Below the pieces are notes generated by a model, which was not told the DNA's origin, did not search any database, and saw only the letters and a program-made list of their open reading frames with translations. The position numbers and the translations under genes were made by a program. A DNA stretch of 64,000 nucleotides, taken from positions 512,001 to 576,000 of the forward strand of contig OY968764.1 in the NCBI GenBank assembly GCA_963695335.1, in the 5' to 3' direction. The stretch is from an uncultured bacterium. Lineage in GTDB: Bacteria > Babelota > Babeliae > Babelales > Vermiphilaceae. Shown here piece by piece: positions 52,050-61,594 of the stretch. The number at the start of each line of letters is the position of its first letter. The stretch's first letter is position 1.

Positions 52050-53348
52050 CTAATCCTTTTTTTGTTGGTTTGATATTCCAAACATAATAGTACCGAGTGC
52101 TATTATTCCACAAAATATATAGAGTGGTAGTGGATTATTGGTTTTCCACATTGCAACAAGAGATGCACTCATTAAAATTGCGCAGTTAATGAATCCTAAA
52201 ATTGGTAAAGTTATTGCATGACCTTTTTTATACAACGTTGCACAAAGACCCGCAATACTCATAGCATAGGTCATTGTTGTTCCAAACGCACTCAGTTGCT
52301 GAAATGTTGTTTGTGCATCGAGTATGAATAGATATGTGAGCATAATTGCGCCTTGGGCAACTACACAGATGAATGGAATATCAAAGCGGTTGTGTTGCAT
52401 AATAGTTGCAGGAGCAATGGTGTGGTGTTGTTCAGCAAGCGTGTATAGATTCCATATATTGGCGTAAATAATACCAAATGCTGCGCTGAGAGCAGAAACG
52501 GCAATAGAAAGATGGATAAAATGTCCAAGAAAATTTCTGAAATGGTTGCTGATGTTAAATTTGCTGATCAGTAACGGGAATGCGCCGCTATAATTGGATG
52601 TTTGTGCAAGATCTGCGCCCAATATTGCATAAAAAAATCCTTGATACAGCATATAAATAATAATCACAATACCGTAAGAAATTAAAATTGAACGTGGGCC
52701 ATCAACTTCAGGGTTTTTAAGATTACGGCTAATTGCGCATGCAACTTCAAAACCAAGCAGTGCGTGGAGTACCAAAGGAATTGCTGATGGAATGCCTTCC
52801 CACAGTTGATTGATGGGAGTTAAATTATCATTGTTGAGCAGTAAAAATCCTGATGCTATGACCAAGAATAGTGGGAATGTTTTTAAGATCATTAACCACC
52901 CTTGAATTCTACTGCCTGTTCTGACATTAAGCATGTTGAGTGCTAATAAGATTGATAACACTGCTATGTCAAAAATCAGTGGGCTCACACATGTGAGTGC
53001 CGGAAATGTTTTTTGCATGAGTAGGGTGAAAATATGAATCGCTAAAGTTCCTGAAGAGAGTTTTGCAAAAAAATAACACCAAGTACTCAAAAAACCCACG
53101 AGTGGATGAATTGATGTGCTACAAAATGCATAAAATCCGCCACTTGGATACAGCTGTAACAGTTTTACAAAAGATAAAATGAGTGGGAACAGGAGTAGGC
53201 CAACAATGATGTAGCATAATCCGCCGAGTAAGCCTGCACGTTTTGCAAGTTCTGTTGTGTTAATAAAAACGCCGGTGCCGATGATGATGTTGAGGTTGAT
53301 GATCACGGCTGACCATAATGAGAGATGGTTGTTTGTTGTTGTCGACAT
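52050..53348 (-). CDS. APC-family amino acid permease
   Basis: IIGTGVF, SGGFY, GFE; ~12 TM segments. Confidence 0.88.
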   Translation of the reverse strand: MSTTTNNHLSLWSAVIINLNIIIGTGVFINTTELAKRAGLLGGLCYIIVGLLLFPLILSFVKLLQLYPSGGFYAFCSTSIHPLVGFLSTWCYFFAKLSSGTLAIHIFTLLMQKTFPALTCVSPLIFDIAVLSILLALNMLNVRTGSRIQGWLMILKTFPLFLVIASGFLLLNNDNLTPINQLWEGIPSAIPLVLHALLGFEVACAISRNLKNPEVDGPRSILISYGIVIIIYMLYQGFFYAILGADLAQTSNYSGAFPLLISKFNISNHFRNFLGHFIHLSIAVSALSAAFGIIYANIWNLYTLAEQHHTIAPATIMQHNRFDIPFICVVAQGAIMLTYLFILDAQTTFQQLSAFGTTMTYAMSIAGLCATLYKKGHAITLPILGFINCAILMSASLVAMWKTNNPLPLYIFCGIIALGTIMFGISNQQKKD

Positions 53349-53383
53349 GTAATTCCTATATTTATTGCGTAGTAGCTTCCCCT

Positions 53384-54027
53384 CCGCTCGCCCTGATCCT
53401 TAGATACACCACTCGCGTGGCACTCAGGATGAGCGGAAGAGACGTTTCTATTGCTTACTCCGCTCGCCCTGAGTGTTCTTCGTAGCTTTAGCGAAGAAGA
53501 ATGTATCGAAGGGTGCGGAGTTAATTAAAATTTTTCTTTGCTAATAATGAAAGTTTATTAAAGTTTTCTTCAATTAAAGCTTCTTTTTTTTGTCTATTCC
53601 ATTTTTTTATCTGGCGTTCAGCATTAAATGCTTCATCTCGTGATCCAAAAGATTGTATGAATACAACTTCAATTGGTAATCGTTTAGAAGTATAACATTT
53701 ATATTCATTTGAGTTATGTTCGGCTATTCGTTTTTCAATATTATCAGTATGTCCAACATAATAAGATGCGTCATTACATTTCAGAATATAAACGTAGAAA
53801 TCATTCATTTACGACTTTCTGTGTTTCCGCACCCTTCGATACGTTTTTTGAAGACAAAAAACACTCAGGGCGAGCGGGTTTGCCGCTTTATTTTTCTTTT
53901 TTTTTGTTGATCCTGAATGCTTTGTCTTGCAAATGTATCAAATGATTAGAATGTTTTTTTACCTACTCCGCTCGCCCTGAGTGTTTTACGTAGCGTTAGC
54001 GTAGTAAAATGTATCGAAGGGTGCGAA
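53384..54027. mobile_element. Candidate REPtron-like locus: GIY-YIG gene bracketed by REP arms
   Basis: Type A arms at 53384-53436 (collapsed pair), 53460-53519, 53827-53877 and 53968-54024 around the nuclease. Confidence 0.65.
53521..53808 (-). CDS. Stand-alone GIY-YIG nuclease (UPF0213/YhbQ-like)
   Basis: YVYILKC-DASYYVGHT-R-EHN, AERQIKKWNRQKKEALI. Confidence 0.92.
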   Translation of the reverse strand: MNDFYVYILKCNDASYYVGHTDNIEKRIAEHNSNEYKCYTSKRLPIEVVFIQSFGSRDEAFNAERQIKKWNRQKKEALIEENFNKLSLLAKKNFN

Positions 54028-54040
54028 CGGAAGATTTTTA

Positions 54041-54790
54041 TTATTGTTGCTGTGCAGCCAAATAAAGCGCGATAGATCCCGCAACAGCTGCATTTAAACT
54101 TTCAAAGTTTCCTGGCATAGGAATTGTAATTTTCTCATCACATTGTTCTACCCACTCTTGTGGAATGCCATGGCTTTCACTGCCAACAACAATAAGTGCT
54201 TCTTGTAAGTTAACCCTGTTAGGATCTTTTCCTTCTGATGGCATAAGTGCATACAAAGGAATATCGTTTTTATTGAGTATGAGTTCTTGCCAGTTGAGGC
54301 GGAAGATGGAAATATTGGCAATAGCGCCCGCAGTTGCTTGAATAACTTTTGGATTCCATGGATCAACCGTTTCCACACATACAACTGTTTTTTGATTCAT
54401 TGCAGCAGCAGTTCTGATTAATGTCCCCATGTTGCCAGGATCAGTAACACGCGCAAGAACAACACCAGAACCTAAAGTAGTAAGTGAGGGATTTTGAGGA
54501 ATTTTAAATGTTGCAAGTAATCCGCTTGGCGATTGTGCGGTGCTTATTTTATCCATAATTTCTGGTGATACAACAATAATTTTTTTATCATCAACAAGTT
54601 GTTGTGCATCGTATAAAAATTCATCAACCGTGAATAAAGTTATTGGTTGATGACCGGCCTTAATGATAGTAGAAATGGTACGGAAACCTTCTGCGATAAA
54701 TTCTTGTAATTCTGCACGGTGTTTTGCGATGTGCAAGGTAACAACGTGTTTGATGATTGGATTAGCGGGAGAAATTATACTTTTTATCAT
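54041..54790 (-). CDS. TrmH/SpoU-family RNA methyltransferase
   Basis: DPGNMGTLIRTA, VGSESHG, IPM, ESLNAAVAG. Confidence 0.93.
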   Translation of the reverse strand: MIKSIISPANPIIKHVVTLHIAKHRAELQEFIAEGFRTISTIIKAGHQPITLFTVDEFLYDAQQLVDDKKIIVVSPEIMDKISTAQSPSGLLATFKIPQNPSLTTLGSGVVLARVTDPGNMGTLIRTAAAMNQKTVVCVETVDPWNPKVIQATAGAIANISIFRLNWQELILNKNDIPLYALMPSEGKDPNRVNLQEALIVVGSESHGIPQEWVEQCDEKITIPMPGNFESLNAAVAGSIALYLAAQQQ

Positions 54791-54807
54791 AATATCTTTT
54801 TAAAGAG

Positions 54808-54891
54808 TTCGTATGTTTCGACAAGCTCAACACGAACGGGATTAAAATTACTTATTCCGTTCGCCCTGAGCCCTGTCGAAGGGTACGAACG
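54808..54891. repeat. REP-like inverted dimer (type A, short loops)
   Basis: tgtttcgacaagctcaacacgaacgg ... ccgttcgccctgagccctgtcgaagggt. Confidence 0.88.
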
Positions 54892-54900
54892 TATTTATTA

Positions 54901-56031
54901 TTAAATCTCATCATTTAGAATCTTATTTCTATAGTCTGCCATCAACTGCACCATAAAATGAAGATTGTGGATGGTTGCAAGTGTGTATGCACTTAATTCA
55001 GCTGCTTTGAATAAGTGATGAATGTATGCACGTGTGTAATGTTGGCACGTGTAGCAGGTGCATGTTTCATCAATGGGGCGGAAAGCAGTTTTGTTTTCTG
55101 CATTACCAATTTTAACAGGTCCCTTGGTGGTGAAAAAAAGCCCATGACGTGCACAGCGTGTTGGGTGTGAACTATCAAACGTATCAATGCCAAGTTTTAC
55201 GCATGGTTCAATGGATGCTAAATCACCAATGCCGAGCAGATGATTTGGTTTATCGTCAGGTAATAATGGCATAACATAGGTGAGCATATCAATCATCTCT
55301 TCTCTGTTTTTCCCCATGCTCCCACCAATTGCATGACCATCAAAAGGGAGTTTGGTCAATACATCACAACTTTCTTTGCGCAGTTCTTTGTTGATTCCAC
55401 CATGAATAACGGAATACATTGCTTGGTTTTGTTTATTGGCCAAGTGGGCATCAAGAGACCGTTTTTCCCAACGATGCGTGCGTTGCAGTGAACTGATTAG
55501 CTTGCGTTGATCAATGTGATAGGGAGGAAGTTCATCAAAAGGAATAATAATATCAGCACCAAGATCTTTTTGTGCAGCGATAGATGTTTCTGGTGTGAGT
55601 AATATCTGTTTGCCATCGCGGTATGATCGGAACAGTACACCCTCTTCAGATGTTTTGAGGACTAAGTTGTCACCTTTTTTCTGCCCACGGCTTTTCAGTT
55701 CGTCTTTAACGGTGCCATATGCAAGACTGAACACCTGAAAACCACCAGAATCTGTGATGATGGGCATGTTGCGATTCATAAAACTGTGCAATCCACCAGC
55801 TTGTTTAATGATTTCTGTGCCTGGTTGGAGCATAAGGTGATATGTATTACAGAACATAAGTTGTAAACCGATTTCAGAAACCAAGTTTGCATCAACAGAT
55901 TTAATTGCTGCGTTGGTACCTACACCTACAAAGTTTGGCGTATCAATAATGCCGTGTGGTGTGTGGATTTGGCCTACTCTGGCACGGGATTTTTTTGATT
56001 GATGAATCAGTTTAAAGGTAAAATATGACAT
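54901..56031 (-). CDS. tgt: tRNA-guanine transglycosylase
   Basis: TPHG, CNTYHL, TDSGGFQVFSL, HLLGIG, CTCYTC, TIHNL. Confidence 0.96.
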   Translation of the reverse strand: MSYFTFKLIHQSKKSRARVGQIHTPHGIIDTPNFVGVGTNAAIKSVDANLVSEIGLQLMFCNTYHLMLQPGTEIIKQAGGLHSFMNRNMPIITDSGGFQVFSLAYGTVKDELKSRGQKKGDNLVLKTSEEGVLFRSYRDGKQILLTPETSIAAQKDLGADIIIPFDELPPYHIDQRKLISSLQRTHRWEKRSLDAHLANKQNQAMYSVIHGGINKELRKESCDVLTKLPFDGHAIGGSMGKNREEMIDMLTYVMPLLPDDKPNHLLGIGDLASIEPCVKLGIDTFDSSHPTRCARHGLFFTTKGPVKIGNAENKTAFRPIDETCTCYTCQHYTRAYIHHLFKAAELSAYTLATIHNLHFMVQLMADYRNKILNDEI

Positions 56032-56126
56032 ACTATTTTTTTCGCTCAAATGTGAGCAGTTTAAGGATTATTTGTTGTTAGTATAACAAAAAAACAATGT
56101 TGCTGCTTGATTATTTCTCATAAGAA

Positions 56127-56849
56127 TCAGAGATTTGAACTGGAATCAGCTTCAGTCGCAGTGTTACTATAATTTGATGTTGCACTGTAGGGTATATATG
56201 TTACTCTGTGCCATTGTAATTCTTTGCCTAATTCATCGATGCATCTCAGGCAAGGCCGTTCTGCGCCTATGAGATGTTTAGTGAGACCACAATGCTTTTT
56301 GTTGAAAATGATATCATTATATTTTGTTCTGATAGCTTGAGTCATTACTCTCACACATTCTTGATATCGCATTGTAGTGTCGTAGCTATTTCCTGGGGTA
56401 TCGAGTAGTCTTGCCGCAAAATCTAAAGGAGTTTCTAAAATGGGGTTTTCTGCAAAAGTTGCTCCCAAGTCATGACATGGAACCAAATCGACATTGGCAT
56501 TTGTGAGAGTACATAGTGCTATGTAATTTTTTTCTTGTATTGCATAATGTAATAAGCTGAGGTTTTTGTGATAACGATTTGGGTTAAATGTATGATCAAG
56601 ACATAGCTCTAAACAGTTTGTATTGTTAAAGAGTATACAAGTTTTAAGCATTTGATACTGTAGATTTGGATGGATACTGTTTACATCATGTTTTTTTAAA
56701 AATTTTCTTAATTTTTTATAATTACGATCAGCCCTAAACGCAAGCAGTTGTTTAAGCCCTTCCTCTTGGCCTTCTGGCTCCATGCAAAAGGTGCTACTGG
56801 TCATCATTGCTATCGTTGCACAAATAATTGTAAAAATTTTGTTGTTCAT
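56127..56849 (-). CDS. Secreted ankyrin-like protein
   Basis: SLLHYAI, ETPLDFAA; paralog of 56855-57514. Confidence 0.75.
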   Translation of the reverse strand: MNNKIFTIICATIAMMTSSTFCMEPEGQEEGLKQLLAFRADRNYKKLRKFLKKHDVNSIHPNLQYQMLKTCILFNNTNCLELCLDHTFNPNRYHKNLSLLHYAIQEKNYIALCTLTNANVDLVPCHDLGATFAENPILETPLDFAARLLDTPGNSYDTTMRYQECVRVMTQAIRTKYNDIIFNKKHCGLTKHLIGAERPCLRCIDELGKELQWHRVTYIPYSATSNYSNTATEADSSSNL

Positions 56850-56854
56850 AGGTA

Positions 56855-57514
56855 TTAAATCTGTAGTTGCGAATCTATGATAACTTTTTCAAGATCCGCC
56901 TTTGTTATGCAAGGATTCAATAAACCATAACATTGTAATTGCCAGCTTAATTCTTCTCTGCACTTTTCACATGGACCTGATTTTAGGATGTGTTTGGTGA
57001 GCCCACAATGTTTGTTATATATCGCAAGTTGGTTGTATTTTCTACTAATGACTTTAGCCATTGCATTGGTGCAATCTTCGCATTGTAAATTGGCTGCATA
57101 ATCGAGAGGAGTTTCTTCCTGTTCGTTAAGTGGAGTTAAATCAGGATTATACCTTGATAATATAGTAATAGCCTTAGGTTTATGATGTTTAATAGCGCAA
57201 TGCAATAGACTTAATTTTTTGTGATAGCGATTTGGATTGAATTTGTATTCAAGACAGAGAGTTAGTCGTTCCATATCATTTTCTTTTATGCAGGTTTTGA
57301 GTATATCATATTGGAACTCAGGTGAAATGGCATTGTATTCGATGCCATTTGTTGTTGTAATGTGACTTTCTAAAAGAAGTTTTAAGTTTTTATGAGGATC
57401 TTTTGCCTTGGCAGTGTATTTTGTAAGAGCAGTTCGATTATTCTGCTCCATGCAAAAATTATAATTGCTAGCGATCATTAATAGAGAAATAATTATAATT
57501 CTTCTTTGTTTCAT
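56855..57514 (-). CDS. Secreted ankyrin-like protein
   Basis: SLLHCAI, ETPLDYAA. Confidence 0.75.
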   Translation of the reverse strand: MKQRRIIIISLLMIASNYNFCMEQNNRTALTKYTAKAKDPHKNLKLLLESHITTTNGIEYNAISPEFQYDILKTCIKENDMERLTLCLEYKFNPNRYHKKLSLLHCAIKHHKPKAITILSRYNPDLTPLNEQEETPLDYAANLQCEDCTNAMAKVISRKYNQLAIYNKHCGLTKHILKSGPCEKCREELSWQLQCYGLLNPCITKADLEKVIIDSQLQI

Positions 57515-57533
57515 ATGATTGTATTTTTCAAAA

Positions 57534-58205
57534 TTAGTGTGAACTTGTTATTTTATATATTTTTCGTGATAAACCAACAAACGGCGTGGCAATAAAGATA
57601 CTTGCTAATTTAACCATATAGCTGATAATAATAACTTCCCAAATATTATCAATAATGCCGTAAAGCCCCAAAAAGCTGAATAAAACGGTATCCAAGAGTT
57701 GGCAAATAACAATAGAGGCATAATTACGGAAAATAATATATCTTTGATGAAGTATTTTTTTTAAAAATCCATAAAGGTAGTAGTCTGCCATTTGGGCAAT
57801 CAGATAGACAGAAAATGATGCGATAACAATGCGGGGCATAAGACCCAGCAGTGGCATAAAATGGAGGTGCATTGTATCGGCCGTATGGGGGATATAAACA
57901 AGATGGATTTGTGATACAATGGCATAAAAAAGGAGGAGGAAGAAGTTAATCCAGATGGTTTTTTTTGCAATTTCTTTACCAAAATATTCTTGGAGTAGGT
58001 TGAGGCCAATAGTTGCTCCCACGGTAAAGGCATCAGCGCAAGTGGCCGTCAGGCCAAAGAGCATGATCTGTTTAACCACAAAAAGGTTGGCTAGTATGCA
58101 GCAAGAACAGACAAAAGCGACCAAAGCGCTGCATCCCAAAGCCAGAGATCCTAATGCGAATAGAGCGATAACGACGGTGTGAACGATAAAAATAAGTTCA
58201 TTCAT
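57534..58205 (-). CDS. yhhQ: Queuosine precursor transporter (YhhQ/VUT family)
   Basis: ANLFVVK, EYFGK, PRIVIAS, QLLDTVLF; close to tgt. Confidence 0.85.
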   Translation of the reverse strand: MNELIFIVHTVVIALFALGSLALGCSALVAFVCSCCILANLFVVKQIMLFGLTATCADAFTVGATIGLNLLQEYFGKEIAKKTIWINFFLLLFYAIVSQIHLVYIPHTADTMHLHFMPLLGLMPRIVIASFSVYLIAQMADYYLYGFLKKILHQRYIIFRNYASIVICQLLDTVLFSFLGLYGIIDNIWEVIIISYMVKLASIFIATPFVGLSRKIYKITSSH

Positions 58206-58331
58206 AGGGTGAGTTCTTAAGTTTTTTGATTTTTTATGGTATAGTATAAATAAATAATAGTATATATCAATTAAGAAATAGATTGTAGTAATTAGTAAAT
58301 TTGAAACAAATAATCTGACGGGGGATATATT

Positions 58332-58892
58332 GTGTTTATAAAGAAAATGAGCCTATTTTGTGCCATGATAGCTGTGTATCATTGTTCTATGTACGCAACA
58401 GATGTTACAGCTGTAAGGTTGCATAACGATACGTATGATATTAGAAAATGTATACTAGAACGCGTTCACAGCGATCTTAAGAAGGCAAAAAGGTTCGGCA
58501 AGGGCGCGGCTCACTTTTTTTCAGGCATTAGTCATTATGCCTTCGATGCGATTCCTTTTGAGTTTTTTGCTGATAATAGGTTTATAGAAGCTGCTTTTAA
58601 ACGTCTTGAAGAAGGTGCTGACTATATTCAAGAAACAAAAGAGACTTTTAAAAGAAATTATATGGGTAGCAAAAAAAAGCTTAACCAGAGTCAGTTGGCA
58701 GAATTTTTATATAATCGTGTGGTTGACCGTGTAACTATCACGGATGATCAAAAAGCATTGTTAAGAAGAGAGCCAATTAAAATGGATGAATTTGTGAGAA
58801 GAGGTATTGTTAAAAGAGAAGAGTATATGTATTATACTCTTTTAAATTTTGTGGTGAGATATTACTTAGAGCATGAACTAAAGCATAAGTAA
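58332..58892 (+). CDS. Secreted hypothetical protein
   Basis: Signal peptide; paralog of next gene (AKR.GK, YAFD.IP..FF). Confidence 0.7.
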   Translation: MFIKKMSLFCAMIAVYHCSMYATDVTAVRLHNDTYDIRKCILERVHSDLKKAKRFGKGAAHFFSGISHYAFDAIPFEFFADNRFIEAAFKRLEEGADYIQETKETFKRNYMGSKKKLNQSQLAEFLYNRVVDRVTITDDQKALLRREPIKMDEFVRRGIVKREEYMYYTLLNFVVRYYLEHELKHK

Positions 58893-58915
58893 TTTTATAT
58901 TTTCTGGGGGGAATT

Positions 58916-59512
58916 ATGTTTAAATTGAGCAATATGTTAGTTGTTTTGATTGTTGGAATAACATTTTTTGGGGTTAGTGTTCAATCATGTCAAAGGCAGG
59001 ATCTAGAAAAATATTTGCAAAAAGCCGGAGAAGATATTAAGTCGGCAAAAAGGTATGGTAAAAGTATAGCAACATCTTCAGGTCTAAGATGGTTTGGATA
59101 CGAACCTGTAACAGAATATGCATTTGATTCAATTCCTCATAAATTCTTTGAAAATCCAGAACTGATTCCGTTTGATCAGCTAGAAGAAGCAAAAGCTGTT
59201 GAATATAAGCAGGAAGCGACAATGTTGTTTAAACAAAAAATAGGTGATAATACCGAAATTAACAACAGTAAGTTTGCAAAGTTTTTTCATCGTTTTGCAG
59301 TTAATAAAATGAGTCTTACAAAAGCTGAGAAAAAAATATTAAAAAAGAATCCAATAAAATTGGAAGAGAGTGTGAGAGAAAGTAAAGAAGATGGATCTGA
59401 AGCAGTAATAAAAGTAGATATGGATGAGTATAGATTGTATGTTCTTTTGAATTACGTTATCAAATGTGATTTAGAAAAAGAATTTGAAGAGTTACGCAAG
59501 CGTAAGTCATAA
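58916..59512 (+). CDS. Secreted hypothetical protein, paralog
   Basis: AKRYGK, YAFDSIPHKFF, LLNYVI. Confidence 0.7.
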   Translation: MFKLSNMLVVLIVGITFFGVSVQSCQRQDLEKYLQKAGEDIKSAKRYGKSIATSSGLRWFGYEPVTEYAFDSIPHKFFENPELIPFDQLEEAKAVEYKQEATMLFKQKIGDNTEINNSKFAKFFHRFAVNKMSLTKAEKKILKKNPIKLEESVRESKEDGSEAVIKVDMDEYRLYVLLNYVIKCDLEKEFEELRKRKS

Positions 59513-59521
59513 GTTAAAAAC

Positions 59522-60502
59522 TTATTGTAATAGTGGGTATTTCTTAAACCCAATTAACTGACATTCCGGTTGCGGTAGAATATTAAAAGTATCAAGCACC
59601 AATTGTTGCATTTGCTGAGCAAGTGTAATAATATCGGTGCTTGTTGCGTTTCCAAGGTTTACAATCATGTTAGCATGTTGTGGAGAAACAATGGCATCAC
59701 CGCAGCGCAAGGTTCCTTTAATCCCAATTTTATCAAGATAATAGGCTACAAATATTATTTTTTTAGCATCAATTTCCAGCATAACTTCTTCAGAAAAAAA
59801 GTTTCTAAAAAAACTGCCGCAGGTGCGTACTTGTGGATAGCGATGTGCGCGGTGACGAATAATTTCTGTTTTTCTTCCTTTGGCAAATGCTGTTTCTTCA
59901 GCAGTTGCTTGTTTTAATTTGAAGGTAGCATTAACCAAAAAGTAATCTTTTTTGTGCAGTTGTGAGTCGTTGTACCCAAAGTTAAACCATTGCGCATCTA
60001 CTGTTTGCAATTCACCAGTTTTTTTATTGATCACTTGCGCTGATACCAAAAAGTTAGCAAGTAAAAAATTAAAGTAGTGCAAGTTAATATACACTGATCC
60101 GCCAACCGTTCCTGGTATTCCACTGAACTCTTCGAGGCCAATTAAGTTATTATCAAGGCAGTAATCAATAAGATTTGGCATGGTAACGCCGGCATCGGCA
60201 GTGATAAGAGCCGAGCTCTCATCGTTAAAGGTAGTTTTAATAGTAATTAATGTTGGGCGAATAACAAGGCCATCAAAACCATCATCACTAATGAGTATAT
60301 TTGCACCTTGCCCCAGCATAAAAATAGGTAGATCGTGTGTGGCTGCATAGATGATTGCTTCTTGGAACTGTTCAGTTGTTGTTGGTTCGCAATAAAAGCG
60401 TGCAGGGCCACCGGTTTTAAACCAGTTTTTATCAGCCAATGGGACATTAGTCTGAATGAGTAAATTGTGATGAGTTTTTGCGTGAACAGTTGTGTTTTGC
60501 AT
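59522..60502 (-). CDS. murB: UDP-N-acetylenolpyruvoylglucosamine reductase
   Basis: TGGPA, GQGANILISD, GIPGTVGG, GSFFRN, HANMIVN. Confidence 0.95.
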   Translation of the reverse strand: MQNTTVHAKTHHNLLIQTNVPLADKNWFKTGGPARFYCEPTTTEQFQEAIIYAATHDLPIFMLGQGANILISDDGFDGLVIRPTLITIKTTFNDESSALITADAGVTMPNLIDYCLDNNLIGLEEFSGIPGTVGGSVYINLHYFNFLLANFLVSAQVINKKTGELQTVDAQWFNFGYNDSQLHKKDYFLVNATFKLKQATAEETAFAKGRKTEIIRHRAHRYPQVRTCGSFFRNFFSEEVMLEIDAKKIIFVAYYLDKIGIKGTLRCGDAIVSPQHANMIVNLGNATSTDIITLAQQMQQLVLDTFNILPQPECQLIGFKKYPLLQ

Positions 60503-60507
60503 ATTAT

Positions 60508-61449
60508 TTATTGATCCATTGAACAAGCATTATGAGATTGATTTGCTTCAAAGCGAGCAAAATGGGGACGTACATTAACTTTATTTTCTGTAATGAGTGT
60601 TTGGCAGTTTTGGCTGCATGCTTCATTATATGTTTGTACGCAGTCAGTGCAGCTAATAAAGTGTTTGTTGCACATTGCATTGAGGCAATTGTAATAATCA
60701 TCGCACGGTTGTGTGCAGATGGAACAAGAGCCAAGAACATCTTCATTAATACGTACTGCAACGCGTCCATCAAAAACATAATTTTTTCCGCGGAAGAACC
60801 CATCTGGGTATTGTTCTGTGTAGCGAACAATGCCGCCTTCAATCTGATAGACTTTTTTGGCTACATTCTTTTCATTAAGGTACGCGGTTGCGCGTTCGCA
60901 GCGGATGCCACCGGTGCAATACATCAGAACTTGTTTGTCTTTGAAAGTATCAAGATTTTCATCAAGATATTGTGGCAGATCTCTAAAATTTTCGATATTA
61001 GGAGTTATTGCGTCTGTAAACTTACCAATTGCCCATTCATAATCGTTACGGGTGTCTAAGACAATAAGGTCATCTGGTTTATTGGTGAGTAGCTCATGAG
61101 TTTCTTGTGGAGAGAGGTGTTGACCGCCATTGCGCGGGGTAAGTTGATCGTAAGGGATACCAAGAGCAACTGCCTCATCGCGGACTTTTACGCTTAAGCG
61201 TGGGAAGCATTCTGGTCCACCATCGCTTTTTTTAAAATCGATACCGCCAAAAAGTTCATGCGATAACATGTTTTGTATGTATTCATCAAGATTTTCTGAC
61301 GATCCACCAAGGGTACCATTGATGCCTTCATGACTGATGAGGATTCTGCCTTTAAGACCAAGGTTTTCGCAGATTTCGCGTTGCCATTTCATGATCTGTT
61401 TTGGGTATTCTATGGAGATGTATTTATAAAAAAGGATTATTTTGTTCAT
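60508..61449 (-). CDS. trhO: Rhodanese-domain tRNA uridine(34) hydroxylase (TrhO/UPF0176)
   Basis: LFYKY, EGINGT, DTRNDYE, YCTGGIRCE, YVFDGR. Confidence 0.92.
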   Translation of the reverse strand: MNKIILFYKYISIEYPKQIMKWQREICENLGLKGRILISHEGINGTLGGSSENLDEYIQNMLSHELFGGIDFKKSDGGPECFPRLSVKVRDEAVALGIPYDQLTPRNGGQHLSPQETHELLTNKPDDLIVLDTRNDYEWAIGKFTDAITPNIENFRDLPQYLDENLDTFKDKQVLMYCTGGIRCERATAYLNEKNVAKKVYQIEGGIVRYTEQYPDGFFRGKNYVFDGRVAVRINEDVLGSCSICTQPCDDYYNCLNAMCNKHFISCTDCVQTYNEACSQNCQTLITENKVNVRPHFARFEANQSHNACSMDQ

Positions 61450-61537
61450 GTATTTGTCCCGATAAGTGAATTTATTAATTTTTAGTATATCACACAATAT
61501 TTTTTAAATTAAGGGGAAGGCGTTAGCTTTTGTTGAT

Positions 61538-61586
61538 CCGCTCGCCCTGAGTGTTTTTGTCTTCAAAAATGTATCGAAGGGTGCGG
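61538..61586. repeat. Single REP-like arm (type A)
   Basis: ccgctcgccctgagtgtttttgtcttcaaaaatgtatcgaagggt, identical core to 45027-45071. Confidence 0.9.
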
Positions 61587-61594
61587 ATTTTTAA

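Noticed and set aside
53709..53945. Short ORFs overlapping repeats (also 44952-45344, 54719-54904, 29557-29751)
   Set aside because: Translations of REP sequence or antisense shadows
53384..54027. Clustered repeats as a CRISPR array
   Set aside because: Arms alternate in orientation, spacing is irregular, they surround a gene, and no cas genes are present
60532..61059. Long antisense ORFs (also 37570-38025, 22190-22567)
   Set aside because: Shadows of well-supported genes with no motifs
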